A stretch of 64,000 nt of DNA from an uncultured virus (IMG/VR IMGVR_UViG_3300025423_000014) (Duplodnaviria > Heunggongvirae > Uroviricota > Caudoviricetes). The notes below the pieces were generated by a model that had not been told where the DNA came from, did not search any database, and saw only the letters and a list, made by a program, of their open reading frames with translations. Position numbers and translations under genes: made by a program. Numbering within the stretch: the stretch's first letter is position 1; every line of letters starts with the position of its first letter. Shown in pieces: positions 39,408-46,823 of this stretch. The stretch is from IMG/VR virus record IMGVR_UViG_3300025423_000014; one strand, given 5' to 3'.

Positions 39408-39934
39408 TTTGTGCTTTCCTCAAATATTAATTTAAGTGCAAAATACAATTCTCTACCTTGCAACAGCGATAGATTCTCAATGAGCGTTTGTACATTCCAA
39501 AGTGGTCGCTCTGTCTTAGGTAGTATGCGGGTAGGTTCGGGCTTCGTCTGTGGCGTTGGCTCAATTGGCTTTTGTTGCTTAGTGTATTTGCGTTTAACTC
39601 TATTAGCATCCTTTTTCTTATACATAGATTTAATAGACTGATACTCTTTGACCCTAACAAATAACTCGCCACACGTCTCGTCTCTGAAGATCATGCTACA
39701 CCCCATCATTTGATAGATAAGCGAATCTGTAGTCTTGTCTTTGATACCAAGCGCTGTCATAGCATCCACCACATTCTTAATTGTGCACCCCTCGTGGTCT
39801 TTGATGTAGTTGAATATTGTTTTACTAATGTGCATTTTGCTTTCCTGTTTTGTTTGTGATTGCTGATCTTGCCCTACCTCGTCTGCTGTCCACTCGTCTA
39901 TAACTTTCCTGAGTTCTGTTTGTAATGTTCCCAT
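39404..39934 (-). CDS. Putative winged-helix DNA-binding protein
   Basis: Likely start MGTLQTEL; IFNYIKDH.GCT...S..YQM pattern and a basic tail. Confidence 0.5.
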   Translation of the reverse strand: MGTLQTELRKVIDEWTADEVGQDQQSQTKQESKMHISKTIFNYIKDHEGCTIKNVVDAMTALGIKDKTTDSLIYQMMGCSMIFRDETCGELFVRVKEYQSIKSMYKKKDANRVKRKYTKQQKPIEPTPQTKPEPTRILPKTERPLWNVQTLIENLSLLQGRELYFALKLIFEESTK

Positions 39935-39935
39935 A

Positions 39936-40136
39936 TTACTTCTCCTGGTTGTTGTGTCTAACATTATACATATCTTTTAAACGCTCGTTGTACTTCTGCA
40001 CCATTGATTCTTGTAACTTAAGTATCTGTTTTGGGTACAATTCCACTAGCGCCATGCCTATCGTCCAATGCACATCTACATCGCTGTCCATATGATGAAC
40101 TGCGTTCTCAAGCACTTTATCCAAATCAATCTCCAT
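39936..40136 (-). CDS. Hypothetical protein
   Basis: AAGGAG RBS; 66 aa. Confidence 0.5.
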   Translation of the reverse strand: MEIDLDKVLENAVHHMDSDVDVHWTIGMALVELYPKQILKLQESMVQKYNERLKDMYNVRHNNQEK

Positions 40137-40165
40137 TTGTTTCTCCTTTAGTTTAAATAAAGATC

Positions 40166-40181
40166 GGGGACAAATGTCCCC
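40166..40181. repeat. 16-bp palindrome GGGGACAAATGTCCCC (copy 1 of 6)
   Basis: Extends to TCGGGGACAAATGTCCCCGA (40164-40183); intergenic. Confidence 0.85.
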
Positions 40182-40193
40182 GACCCTGCCTCA

Positions 40194-41300
40194 TCAACCT
40201 ATTTGATGAATACTCTCACGTTTGTCCCATGCAAAGTAATAACAGATCACGTTAGCAACTCGGTGATCGTAAGCCACTTCGAGCAACGCACCCACATCCT
40301 CTGCCATGACCATGTGCACAATGTCCTCCTCTATACCTGCATACTCCATATCTACTGAACTAGCGTAGTTAGGCTCGAACACATCAAACAACAACTCAAG
40401 CGTGTCCTCGGGATCAGCGTCAATCAAGTCCATCATAAGTGTTGCGTTGTACTCGTCTAACGCTTTCTCAATCAAAGCAACCTTGTTGTCAGGATCAAAG
40501 TCTTCAGGCATATCGTAGTCGTCATCCATCCAGTTGTGATTATGGGCAGACAAAGGCTTGATGATTGCTGATTTTGTTGTAGTTGCCGTAGTTGCTACAG
40601 GCTTTGTAGTAGACGCTAGTGGTTTGTTGAACGCCCAATTGTTGTAGTTGTATTCGTCATCGTAATCATAGTCGTATGCGCTGTACCGCTTGGAATATAC
40701 AGATGATTTGTAGTAATTGGGTATGAGCTTGGCTGGACTCCATGCGTATGTGTTGCTGAACCATAGCCCATCATGCTCGATACCTTGGTCATAGTTGACA
40801 TGGGACATTTTGCCGTCACCATCCATGAACACAAAGCGATTGTCACCAATGTACTCAGCAAGCATATCAAGATACGATTGATTGTGTACGAGTGGCGGAT
40901 GCTCGGTAACTGGACTGGCTACGAAGTCTTTGATGAAGTGCCATGTGTCTGACTTGGTTGTGTCGGCTTTGTTACCAGTATGCAATACGCCGTTGTGCAT
41001 CATAGCTACATAACCAGGGATGACATCGTAAGGATGGCAGTTGGTCATGTCTGTGTTGCCGTGTGTTGTCCAACGAAAGTGAATAGCTAGTTCACGATCA
41101 TCTACTGGTAAGCGTTGAATGAACGCTGTTGCATCTGCCAAAGACTTGGGCAAAGTCTTGATAACCTTGAGTCCCTTAGCCGAGCCATACATGATACCGA
41201 TACCATCTGGGTTAGATGTAAAGATGTCAGCCAACATACCATGTGTATTTAGTAATGTTGCACGAATAGAATTTGATTTACCTGTAATGATTAAACACAT
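40194..41300 (-). CDS. Class II (Ntn) glutamine amidotransferase
   Basis: Catalytic Cys2 (MCLII), NPDGIG, HFRWTTHG, NCHPY, MHNGVL, SDT motifs; acidic C-terminal extension. Confidence 0.85.
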   Translation of the reverse strand: MCLIITGKSNSIRATLLNTHGMLADIFTSNPDGIGIMYGSAKGLKVIKTLPKSLADATAFIQRLPVDDRELAIHFRWTTHGNTDMTNCHPYDVIPGYVAMMHNGVLHTGNKADTTKSDTWHFIKDFVASPVTEHPPLVHNQSYLDMLAEYIGDNRFVFMDGDGKMSHVNYDQGIEHDGLWFSNTYAWSPAKLIPNYYKSSVYSKRYSAYDYDYDDEYNYNNWAFNKPLASTTKPVATTATTTKSAIIKPLSAHNHNWMDDDYDMPEDFDPDNKVALIEKALDEYNATLMMDLIDADPEDTLELLFDVFEPNYASSVDMEYAGIEEDIVHMVMAEDVGALLEVAYDHRVANVICYYFAWDKRESIHQIG

Positions 41301-41330
41301 AATGATTTCCTTTAATAGTTGATGAATGAA

Positions 41331-43166
41331 TTAAACAGATGTTGAATCAGGTGTGTCGGCACAAGAGTTCTCAAGCGGTGCGCTTGTTGGATGCACAAGA
41401 GTTTCTTGTTTCTTGGCACGTCTACGTACGCCGTACCAGTCGGAGAGATGTGGATACACATTGTCCGTAGTCTTGAGCCACTCGATGAAGTGCATCTTAT
41501 CTAAATGTTTCCACGATGCGACACGACAGAACATAACAGACGCATGGGTAAACTCGATCTGTGCAAGCAGACGTTCTTTCTTGAGCGATGCTCTAAAGAT
41601 ACGCAACTCAACAGTATCGTAGTCCTTACCATTGGTATAGCAATGTTTATTGATCTGCAACCGATCACGCTCTGCTCTTGATAAGTTCTGTGTGTTGATC
41701 ATGTAGTAACGATCACCGCCTTTACCCTTGACTGCCTTGGATGGATTCTGTAATGCTTCCTCGCCCTCGACTTGGCAGTACGACTGGGCTTGTCTATCTT
41801 TGCGTGGATGACGACCTGCAATCTTACGAATGAAATCGGTGTTCTCCTCGCAGTTAATAAACATAACGAACTTACCAAACACAAGTGGACTGAACGCTTT
41901 AGAGTGGACGTGAATGTGCATACCGCAAGTACCTACGTCCCATGCACGATACGATGGATCTATATCCCAGTTCTTGAAGCGCTTGATATGCTCGGCTAGT
42001 CCACGAGGCGCAGTCACAATCTCTAGTCCGTTGTCGGGCAACGAGCCGTCAGACTTACACACGCAATACTCTGTACCTAATTGCTGTCGTACATTGGTGA
42101 CTGCATCATCACGATACTTATCTCTACCGCTAGTCATCTCGAACTCGATACCCATGCGGAAGTCACCATGCGTAGATGATATAAGTTTGTGGTCAGGCTC
42201 TAGTACCCTAAGCACATTGGTTGCGTAGTCCATAAGATAGTTGGGATCACCTGGGTCTCTGTCGTCATCATCATTGTCATCGTAGTCGTCTTCTGCGTAT
42301 GAATAGTACGCATCTCTACTCTCATGGTAATACACCTCCTCGTTCTCACGATCCCAATACTCACTATGATCCTCGACATACACATAGTTATCGCCGAAAC
42401 AACGATCACAAACTTGCTCGTCTCCCGATGAACCTAGATCGCTGTGCATCTCGTTAATATACTCAATGTGACCACAAGTATCTGCAATAGCAATAGTCAA
42501 CGTACCATCTAAGTGTTTGCTTGCAAGAACCTCACGACACTTCTCAAAGGCTGTAACTAGGTAGTCGTGGCGTGAACGATCTGCCGAATACAAATCCATG
42601 AACACATCGCACCACTCTCGTGCATCATCCTCCTCACCCGATAACAACTGATTGAACGCTGATTTGAGTAGCTTGTAGTTAGCACGAGCTTTGTTATAAC
42701 GCACCATGTCATATTCATCATTGTTACAGTTATAAGTGCGACCTTTGTAAACGATGTGCTTGGGTGTAGAGCCTGTGAACGATAGTCTGTTTGATCGTTC
42801 TGCATATATATTCCTGAGCCGTCTAGTTCTGTAATAGTCAAGCTGGTTTGCTATCAGATTAAAGAGTTTCTCCATGTAGTAGTTGTTGTTGGTATACAGC
42901 AGGTTGATCTCGTATGTGTTTAACTGTACTGGCTCAGGAAAAAGCCTTGCATAAAACTCACTATGACTCGTGCGTGTACTCGCATCAAACATTTGACTAT
43001 CAAAAGCCAGATATCTACCGCCTTGAGATACACCCGCCATAGCACCAAGCCATTGCTCTCTGGTCATGTCAAGAATTGCATACCGCCTATCAGCAAACAC
43101 AGCAAAGAGTCTGACTGCTTGTGTGTCGTAGTTTGAAAAGGGTAAAGTAGTTACATAAAATTTCAT
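41331..43166 (-). CDS. Putative amidoligase (COOH-NH2 ligase superfamily)
   Basis: GIEFEM, KSDGSL...GLEIVTAP, CGMHIHV, RY..IN, TVELRIFRAS motifs; N-terminal Zn-ribbon-like CxH/CxxC and an acidic linker. Confidence 0.8.
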   Translation of the reverse strand: MKFYVTTLPFSNYDTQAVRLFAVFADRRYAILDMTREQWLGAMAGVSQGGRYLAFDSQMFDASTRTSHSEFYARLFPEPVQLNTYEINLLYTNNNYYMEKLFNLIANQLDYYRTRRLRNIYAERSNRLSFTGSTPKHIVYKGRTYNCNNDEYDMVRYNKARANYKLLKSAFNQLLSGEEDDAREWCDVFMDLYSADRSRHDYLVTAFEKCREVLASKHLDGTLTIAIADTCGHIEYINEMHSDLGSSGDEQVCDRCFGDNYVYVEDHSEYWDRENEEVYYHESRDAYYSYAEDDYDDNDDDDRDPGDPNYLMDYATNVLRVLEPDHKLISSTHGDFRMGIEFEMTSGRDKYRDDAVTNVRQQLGTEYCVCKSDGSLPDNGLEIVTAPRGLAEHIKRFKNWDIDPSYRAWDVGTCGMHIHVHSKAFSPLVFGKFVMFINCEENTDFIRKIAGRHPRKDRQAQSYCQVEGEEALQNPSKAVKGKGGDRYYMINTQNLSRAERDRLQINKHCYTNGKDYDTVELRIFRASLKKERLLAQIEFTHASVMFCRVASWKHLDKMHFIEWLKTTDNVYPHLSDWYGVRRRAKKQETLVHPTSAPLENSCADTPDSTSV

Positions 43167-43216
43167 TTGATTCTCCTAGTTTTTAAAATGCCTATGAACT
43201 GCATAGGCTACAGATC

Positions 43217-43232
43217 GGGGAGATATCTCCCC
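43217..43232. repeat. 16-bp palindrome GGGGAGATATCTCCCC (copy 2 of 6)
   Basis: Perfect palindrome upstream of the amidoligase gene. Confidence 0.85.
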
Positions 43233-43238
43233 AAATTC

Positions 43239-43517
43239 TCATTTAGCGTACACGTTCTTCTCATCGTGTAGCGCTCTTATACATTCAAGAACAAGTATGT
43301 TCCAACCTTTGTCTTGATTGGCGAGTGTCACCATGTCATCGTACCCATGCGTCTCAAGCACAGGCAACTCAACAGTCTGCACATACAAAGCCTGAGCCAA
43401 CCTCGCTAAGCTCATGCGTAGCGTAATTAAGTCATGTCTGTCTGCACTTTGCGATTGTGCGTCTCTCTGTGACTGGAACTGTTCTACTAATCTTTCTGCG
43501 TGTGTTTGCTTAATCAT
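43239..43517 (-). CDS. Hypothetical early protein
   Basis: AGGAGAAATCAAATG initiation region. Confidence 0.55.
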   Translation of the reverse strand: MIKQTHAERLVEQFQSQRDAQSQSADRHDLITLRMSLARLAQALYVQTVELPVLETHGYDDMVTLANQDKGWNILVLECIRALHDEKNVYAK

Positions 43518-43696
43518 TTGATTTCTCCTTTATTGAACCCTGTACGAATGTCACGAATCAGCAAGCCGAGTAAATACCCCGCAAATACCAAAAGTATCTG
43601 CTGTAAATACATACCACTTGAATCTGCCCCGACATATAAACACACGCATATGAGCGCAGTTCTTATTGATGTCACGAAGTGTTCTATTTCTGTCAT
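43514..43696 (-). CDS. Small membrane protein (early)
   Basis: Likely start MTEIEHF with AGGAGAAATCAAATG; hydrophobic segments. Confidence 0.55.
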   Translation of the reverse strand: MTEIEHFVTSIRTALICVCLYVGADSSGMYLQQILLVFAGYLLGLLIRDIRTGFNKGEIK

Positions 43697-43760
43697 TTGA
43701 TTTCTCCTTTGTTGGCTAGTTTGCGGATAGCGCACGGCTTAGCCAAAGCCATGCGTACAC

Positions 43761-43776
43761 GGGGACAAATGTCCCC
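43761..43776. repeat. 16-bp palindrome GGGGACAAATGTCCCC (copy 3 of 6)
   Basis: Intergenic; read directly from the sequence. Confidence 0.85.
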
Positions 43777-43823
43777 GATGTTTTGTTTATGATTGCTGGG
43801 CATACTGTTACCCCCTTATTGCT

Positions 43824-44525
43824 TTAGTCTTCTAGTCCATGCCATGTGTGTGGTACGGCATCCGTTGGTTTGAGTTGCTCTATTCTTTTTATAGCGTTTT
43901 GCATTTGGGATATAAGCTCGGCTCTTTCCTCGGTCGGCTCGATCAGTTGCTCTGTCTGAGCGTTGCCCAGTTCTTTTATGGTGCGGTTGAGTAACCTCTC
44001 CCGCTGTTTGGTGTTCGGTCTTTGAGTACGCTGAAAGGGTACTTTGCGTTTAGTCTTGGGTGCATGAGGTATCTGCTCGAATAGTTCACACACTTGTAGT
44101 TGCTTAGTCATGGGTATCCAATCCGTCCAATGCACACCCTTGTTCTGTATGTCCGCTTGTCTAGCTAGTTCGCTAGGTGTGTAAGGGTTGTTGTCCTCAT
44201 CTCTAAGTAACTGCATTTGCTTGAACTTATTAAGTAGCTTATCCATCACCGCAATGTAAGCGTTAAACGCTACCTCTCGTTCTCCCTTGTACTTGCTCTC
44301 ATGTTTGATGCCAACCCTTGCGTTGGCTAGTTCGTATACAAGGGGGCTGAGTAACTCAGACCATAAGCGTTTGTGTTGAATGGTGCGTAGTCTCTCGGAC
44401 TTGAGTTTGTGTTTAAGATTAAGTAACTCTTGTTTCTTTAACTCTCGTGCCTCGGGTTGTGGGATACGCTTGGTTAAAGCGTTGTGAATTTCGTTCGGGG
44501 TCATGTTGAGGTATGTCTTTGGCAT
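43824..44525 (-). CDS. Hypothetical early protein
   Basis: 233 aa basic helical protein adjacent to the long inverted repeat. Confidence 0.6.
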   Translation of the reverse strand: MPKTYLNMTPNEIHNALTKRIPQPEARELKKQELLNLKHKLKSERLRTIQHKRLWSELLSPLVYELANARVGIKHESKYKGEREVAFNAYIAVMDKLLNKFKQMQLLRDEDNNPYTPSELARQADIQNKGVHWTDWIPMTKQLQVCELFEQIPHAPKTKRKVPFQRTQRPNTKQRERLLNRTIKELGNAQTEQLIEPTEERAELISQMQNAIKRIEQLKPTDAVPHTWHGLED

Positions 44526-44561
44526 GATTAAACACCTTTTTGGTTTGTAGTCTCAGGTAGT

Positions 44562-44847
44562 GTCCGTGATTAAGAGAGTTGCCTAAACTTTCGCCAGTTG
44601 GAAACCCGCATAAACACAGGGCGGACTCGTATTATAGCCATAGATTCTATCATTTTTAAATTGCTCTATTTAACTTTAGTTTCTTTACTTGTAAGTACAG
44701 GCAAAAGAATACGCACACATATGGAAATGCTCTCATATATATAAATAGATTTAAATAGATAAGTAATAAGGCACAAAATGAGTGTACGCCAGTATTCATG
44801 GGGCTTGGCGACTGGTAATTGTTTAGTACGCTTACTTAATCACGGAC
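44562..44847. repeat. Long degenerate inverted repeat, candidate replication origin
   Basis: Outer 13-bp perfect IR GTCCGTGATTAAG / CTTAATCACGGAC with further collinear matching blocks over ~110-bp arms; AT-rich centre. Confidence 0.7.
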
Positions 44848-44882
44848 TAACGTACAAACAGTGATTAAGCAACATTCGATAG

Positions 44883-45131
44883 TTACTTAATCTCTTTTGG
44901 GGAGAAATCTCCCCGTTGTATCCAAGCAAGATCAAAGACATGGGGGAAGTATTCATAGGTGTTGCCCTCGCTATCTTCTACGTAGACTCTGCCTGAACTA
45001 GAGGGTTTGTGTGGTGACGCACCGCCTGTGATTGTGTACTGTTCGTCTCGTGATGAGATGACTGTCTCGCCCTGTTGTACTGATGCACCATTGGCATGGG
45101 CAAGGTAAAAGTTGTTGTGTCTTAGTTCCAT
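44883..45131 (-). CDS. Hypothetical early protein (PHKPSSSGRVYV...EYFPHVF)
   Basis: AAGGAG RBS; 82 aa. Confidence 0.65.
   Translation of the reverse strand: MELRHNNFYLAHANGASVQQGETVISSRDEQYTITGGASPHKPSSSGRVYVEDSEGNTYEYFPHVFDLAWIQRGDFSPKEIK
44899..44914. repeat. 16-bp palindrome GGGGAGAAATCTCCCC (copy 4 of 6)
   Basis: Lies in the last codons of 44883..45131. Confidence 0.8.
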
Positions 45132-45141
45132 GTGTATCTCC

Positions 45142-45249
45142 TTAGATGAATAAAAACCAGACTGGTGTCCAGTTGCGTTGATTGCGTTTGGCTTCCTCTG
45201 TTGCGAGCCATACGAGTTGCTTGGTTGTTTTGATTTGGCGTTTAGTCAT
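45142..45249 (-). CDS. 35-aa early peptide (not in the ORF track)
   Basis: MTKRQIKTTKQLVWLATEEAKRNQRNWTPVWFLFI; AGGAG RBS. Confidence 0.55.
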   Translation of the reverse strand: MTKRQIKTTKQLVWLATEEAKRNQRNWTPVWFLFI

Positions 45250-45251
45250 GA

Positions 45252-45356
45252 TTAAGCTCCTATTGATTGAGAGAGGGTTTGAAAGTAAACGATGATGGCA
45301 TACACAACTATGACGAACACAGCAAGGATAAGTAAGTGTTCAGTTAGATAACGCAT
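45252..45356 (-). CDS. 34-aa single-TM early peptide (not in the ORF track)
   Basis: MRYLTEHLLILAVFVIVVYAIIVYFQTLSQSIGA; AAGGA RBS. Confidence 0.55.
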   Translation of the reverse strand: MRYLTEHLLILAVFVIVVYAIIVYFQTLSQSIGA

Positions 45357-45426
45357 GATTAAGTTCCTTTAGACAAAGATTAAGACTGCGCAGAGACACC
45401 CCCGCCTCTGCGCTCGGGAAAAGAAC

Positions 45427-45442
45427 AGGGACAAATGTCCCC
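45427..45442. repeat. Palindrome variant AGGGACAAATGTCCCC (copy 5 of 6)
   Basis: One outer mismatch, which is a G-U pair in a minus-strand transcript. Confidence 0.8.
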
Positions 45443-45447
45443 GATGA

Positions 45448-45843
45448 TTAAGCAACTTGCTTAAGAACAGCGATAGCCTCGCTAACACTATCGAACTGTG
45501 CCAAGAACTCAAGGGCACTCGCACGAACCTCTTTCGCAATGCGTAGACTTTTCTTAGGCTTAACCTCGCTCGGTGCAATCTCGCTCACCATACGACTCAA
45601 AGCCTTACGACAACCCTCGTAGTGCTCTGCACCACTATCAAGCACAAGTGTGCCCTCTGCCTTACCTGAACCCTCAACAAGCCCAACACCATACCACTCT
45701 GCAAAGATAGGCAGTAGAGTAGAACGAACTACATCACGAGCTTTACCCTTGAGCATTTTCTTGAGATCAACGATAGCAAGTTCATAAACGTATTTACCAT
45801 TGAGTGCTTCAACGACTACAGACTTAATTGTTTTGACAGACAT
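45448..45843 (-). CDS. First early gene, hypothetical
   Basis: Likely start MSVKTIK at 45843 with AGGAGAAATCAAATG. Confidence 0.6.
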   Translation of the reverse strand: MSVKTIKSVVVEALNGKYVYELAIVDLKKMLKGKARDVVRSTLLPIFAEWYGVGLVEGSGKAEGTLVLDSGAEHYEGCRKALSRMVSEIAPSEVKPKKSLRIAKEVRASALEFLAQFDSVSEAIAVLKQVA

Positions 45844-45866
45844 TTGATTTCTCCTAAAGATTGAAT

Positions 45867-45882
45867 GGGGACAGATGTCCCC
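45867..45882. repeat. 16-bp palindrome GGGGACAGATGTCCCC (copy 6 of 6)
   Basis: In the 5' leader of the first early gene. Confidence 0.85.
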
Positions 45883-45910
45883 GATACCGACTAGAGCCAA
45901 TCCCTAACCG

Positions 45911-45936
45911 ATACCTCTATTATACTACCGAGGTAT
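45911..45936 (-). promoter_or_regulatory. Candidate early promoter: TATAAT flanked by the inverted repeat ATACCTC/GAGGTAT
   Basis: ATTATA at 45919-45924 reads TATAAT on the minus strand; no good -35. Confidence 0.45.
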
Positions 45937-46107
45937 TACACAGCACCCAATAACAGGCAGAAACGAGAACTAAAGACCCCACCCTACCCCCACAACCCTC
46001 TTTTGGCACGGCTAGGCATGCTTGGCGTGAACAGTGTTTCTCAGGCGCAAATCAATTTTTTAAAAAATTATAAAAAACCCAGAGTAAAACGTTAGACATT
46101 TACAAAT

Positions 46108-46134
46108 AAAAAAAGCCCCGGTCAAAGCCGGGGC
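46108..46134 (-). terminator. Rho-independent terminator
   Basis: Minus strand GCCCCGG-CTTTGA-CCGGGGC followed by T7. Confidence 0.8.
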
Positions 46135-46191
46135 GAAGGAGGCACTGCACCTCTAGGAGAAGCAAATGAGCAAACAGTTGCACATTTACCT
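46108..46191 (-). ncRNA. Candidate anti-RBS small RNA (~85 nt)
   Basis: Promoter TTGTAA-N17-TATACT (46226..46198), intrinsic terminator, and CAUUUGCUUCUCCUAG complementary to early-gene initiation sites. Confidence 0.55.
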
Positions 46192-46235
46192 AAAAGTAGT
46201 ATACACTATCCATATCGAGGTTACAAGGACCGCGC

Positions 46236-46823
46236 ATGTTAGAACACCTTATGGATTATGAGCCAGACGTGGGTGAATACCCACAAGATTTTGTTCCCCT
46301 TGAAAAAGCGGAACCCTCAGCTATTGTCGACGCTAAATCAAACACAGTAGATTGGTTAAAAACACTAGGCGCTGTAGACAGCGAACAACAAGTTAATGAA
46401 CTTGAAACCCAACACGCTAGAAAAGCGTTTGCCAGTATAGTGTCTGCGCAACCACAAGATATTTCTCATCAAGCCCTTGCTGAAGTAAAAACACCACAAG
46501 CCGTAAGACATTTAGTTGGTATGCTGACCGCATATGACTGGGAGTTTGTAGAACGTGCTAAAGAGCTTCGTGGCTACACGGTAGCTAAAATTTTAGAAGA
46601 ATGTGAAAACCCAAGCGCCAATATAAGACTCAAGGCGTTATCTCTTTTGGGCAAAGTAACGGAAGTGGGACTGTTTACAGAAAAGATTGAGATTAAAAAA
46701 GCAGAACTCTCAGACGCGGAACTGGACGGGCGCATTAAAGAAAAGCTCAACCGGTTTATGGGTGTTGTGGATGTGGTCACGTTAGAAACTAAAAATGAAT
46801 CTACAGAACATAACAACGCTTAG
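46236..46823 (+). CDS. terS: Probable terminase small subunit
   Basis: Immediately upstream of terL; RLKALSLLGK...GLFTEKIEI helical motif. Confidence 0.65.
   Translation: MLEHLMDYEPDVGEYPQDFVPLEKAEPSAIVDAKSNTVDWLKTLGAVDSEQQVNELETQHARKAFASIVSAQPQDISHQALAEVKTPQAVRHLVGMLTAYDWEFVERAKELRGYTVAKILEECENPSANIRLKALSLLGKVTEVGLFTEKIEIKKAELSDAELDGRIKEKLNRFMGVVDVVTLETKNESTEHNNA

Noticed and set aside
45369..45578. 69-aa minus-strand ORF overlapping the first early gene
   Set aside because: Out-of-frame overlap with a better-supported gene, and it runs across a palindrome-containing intergenic region.
40166..45882. Palindromic repeats as a CRISPR array
   Set aside because: Spacing is irregular (hundreds to thousands of bp) with genes in between; no cas operon. 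The Cas4-like nuclease belongs to the replication module.
46166..46261. Plus-strand 31-codon ORF (MSKQLHIY...) with a strong RBS
   Set aside because: Not called as a CDS because it spans the overlapping promoters and the adjacent terminator faces the minus strand; kept as the main alternative to the sRNA hypothesis.
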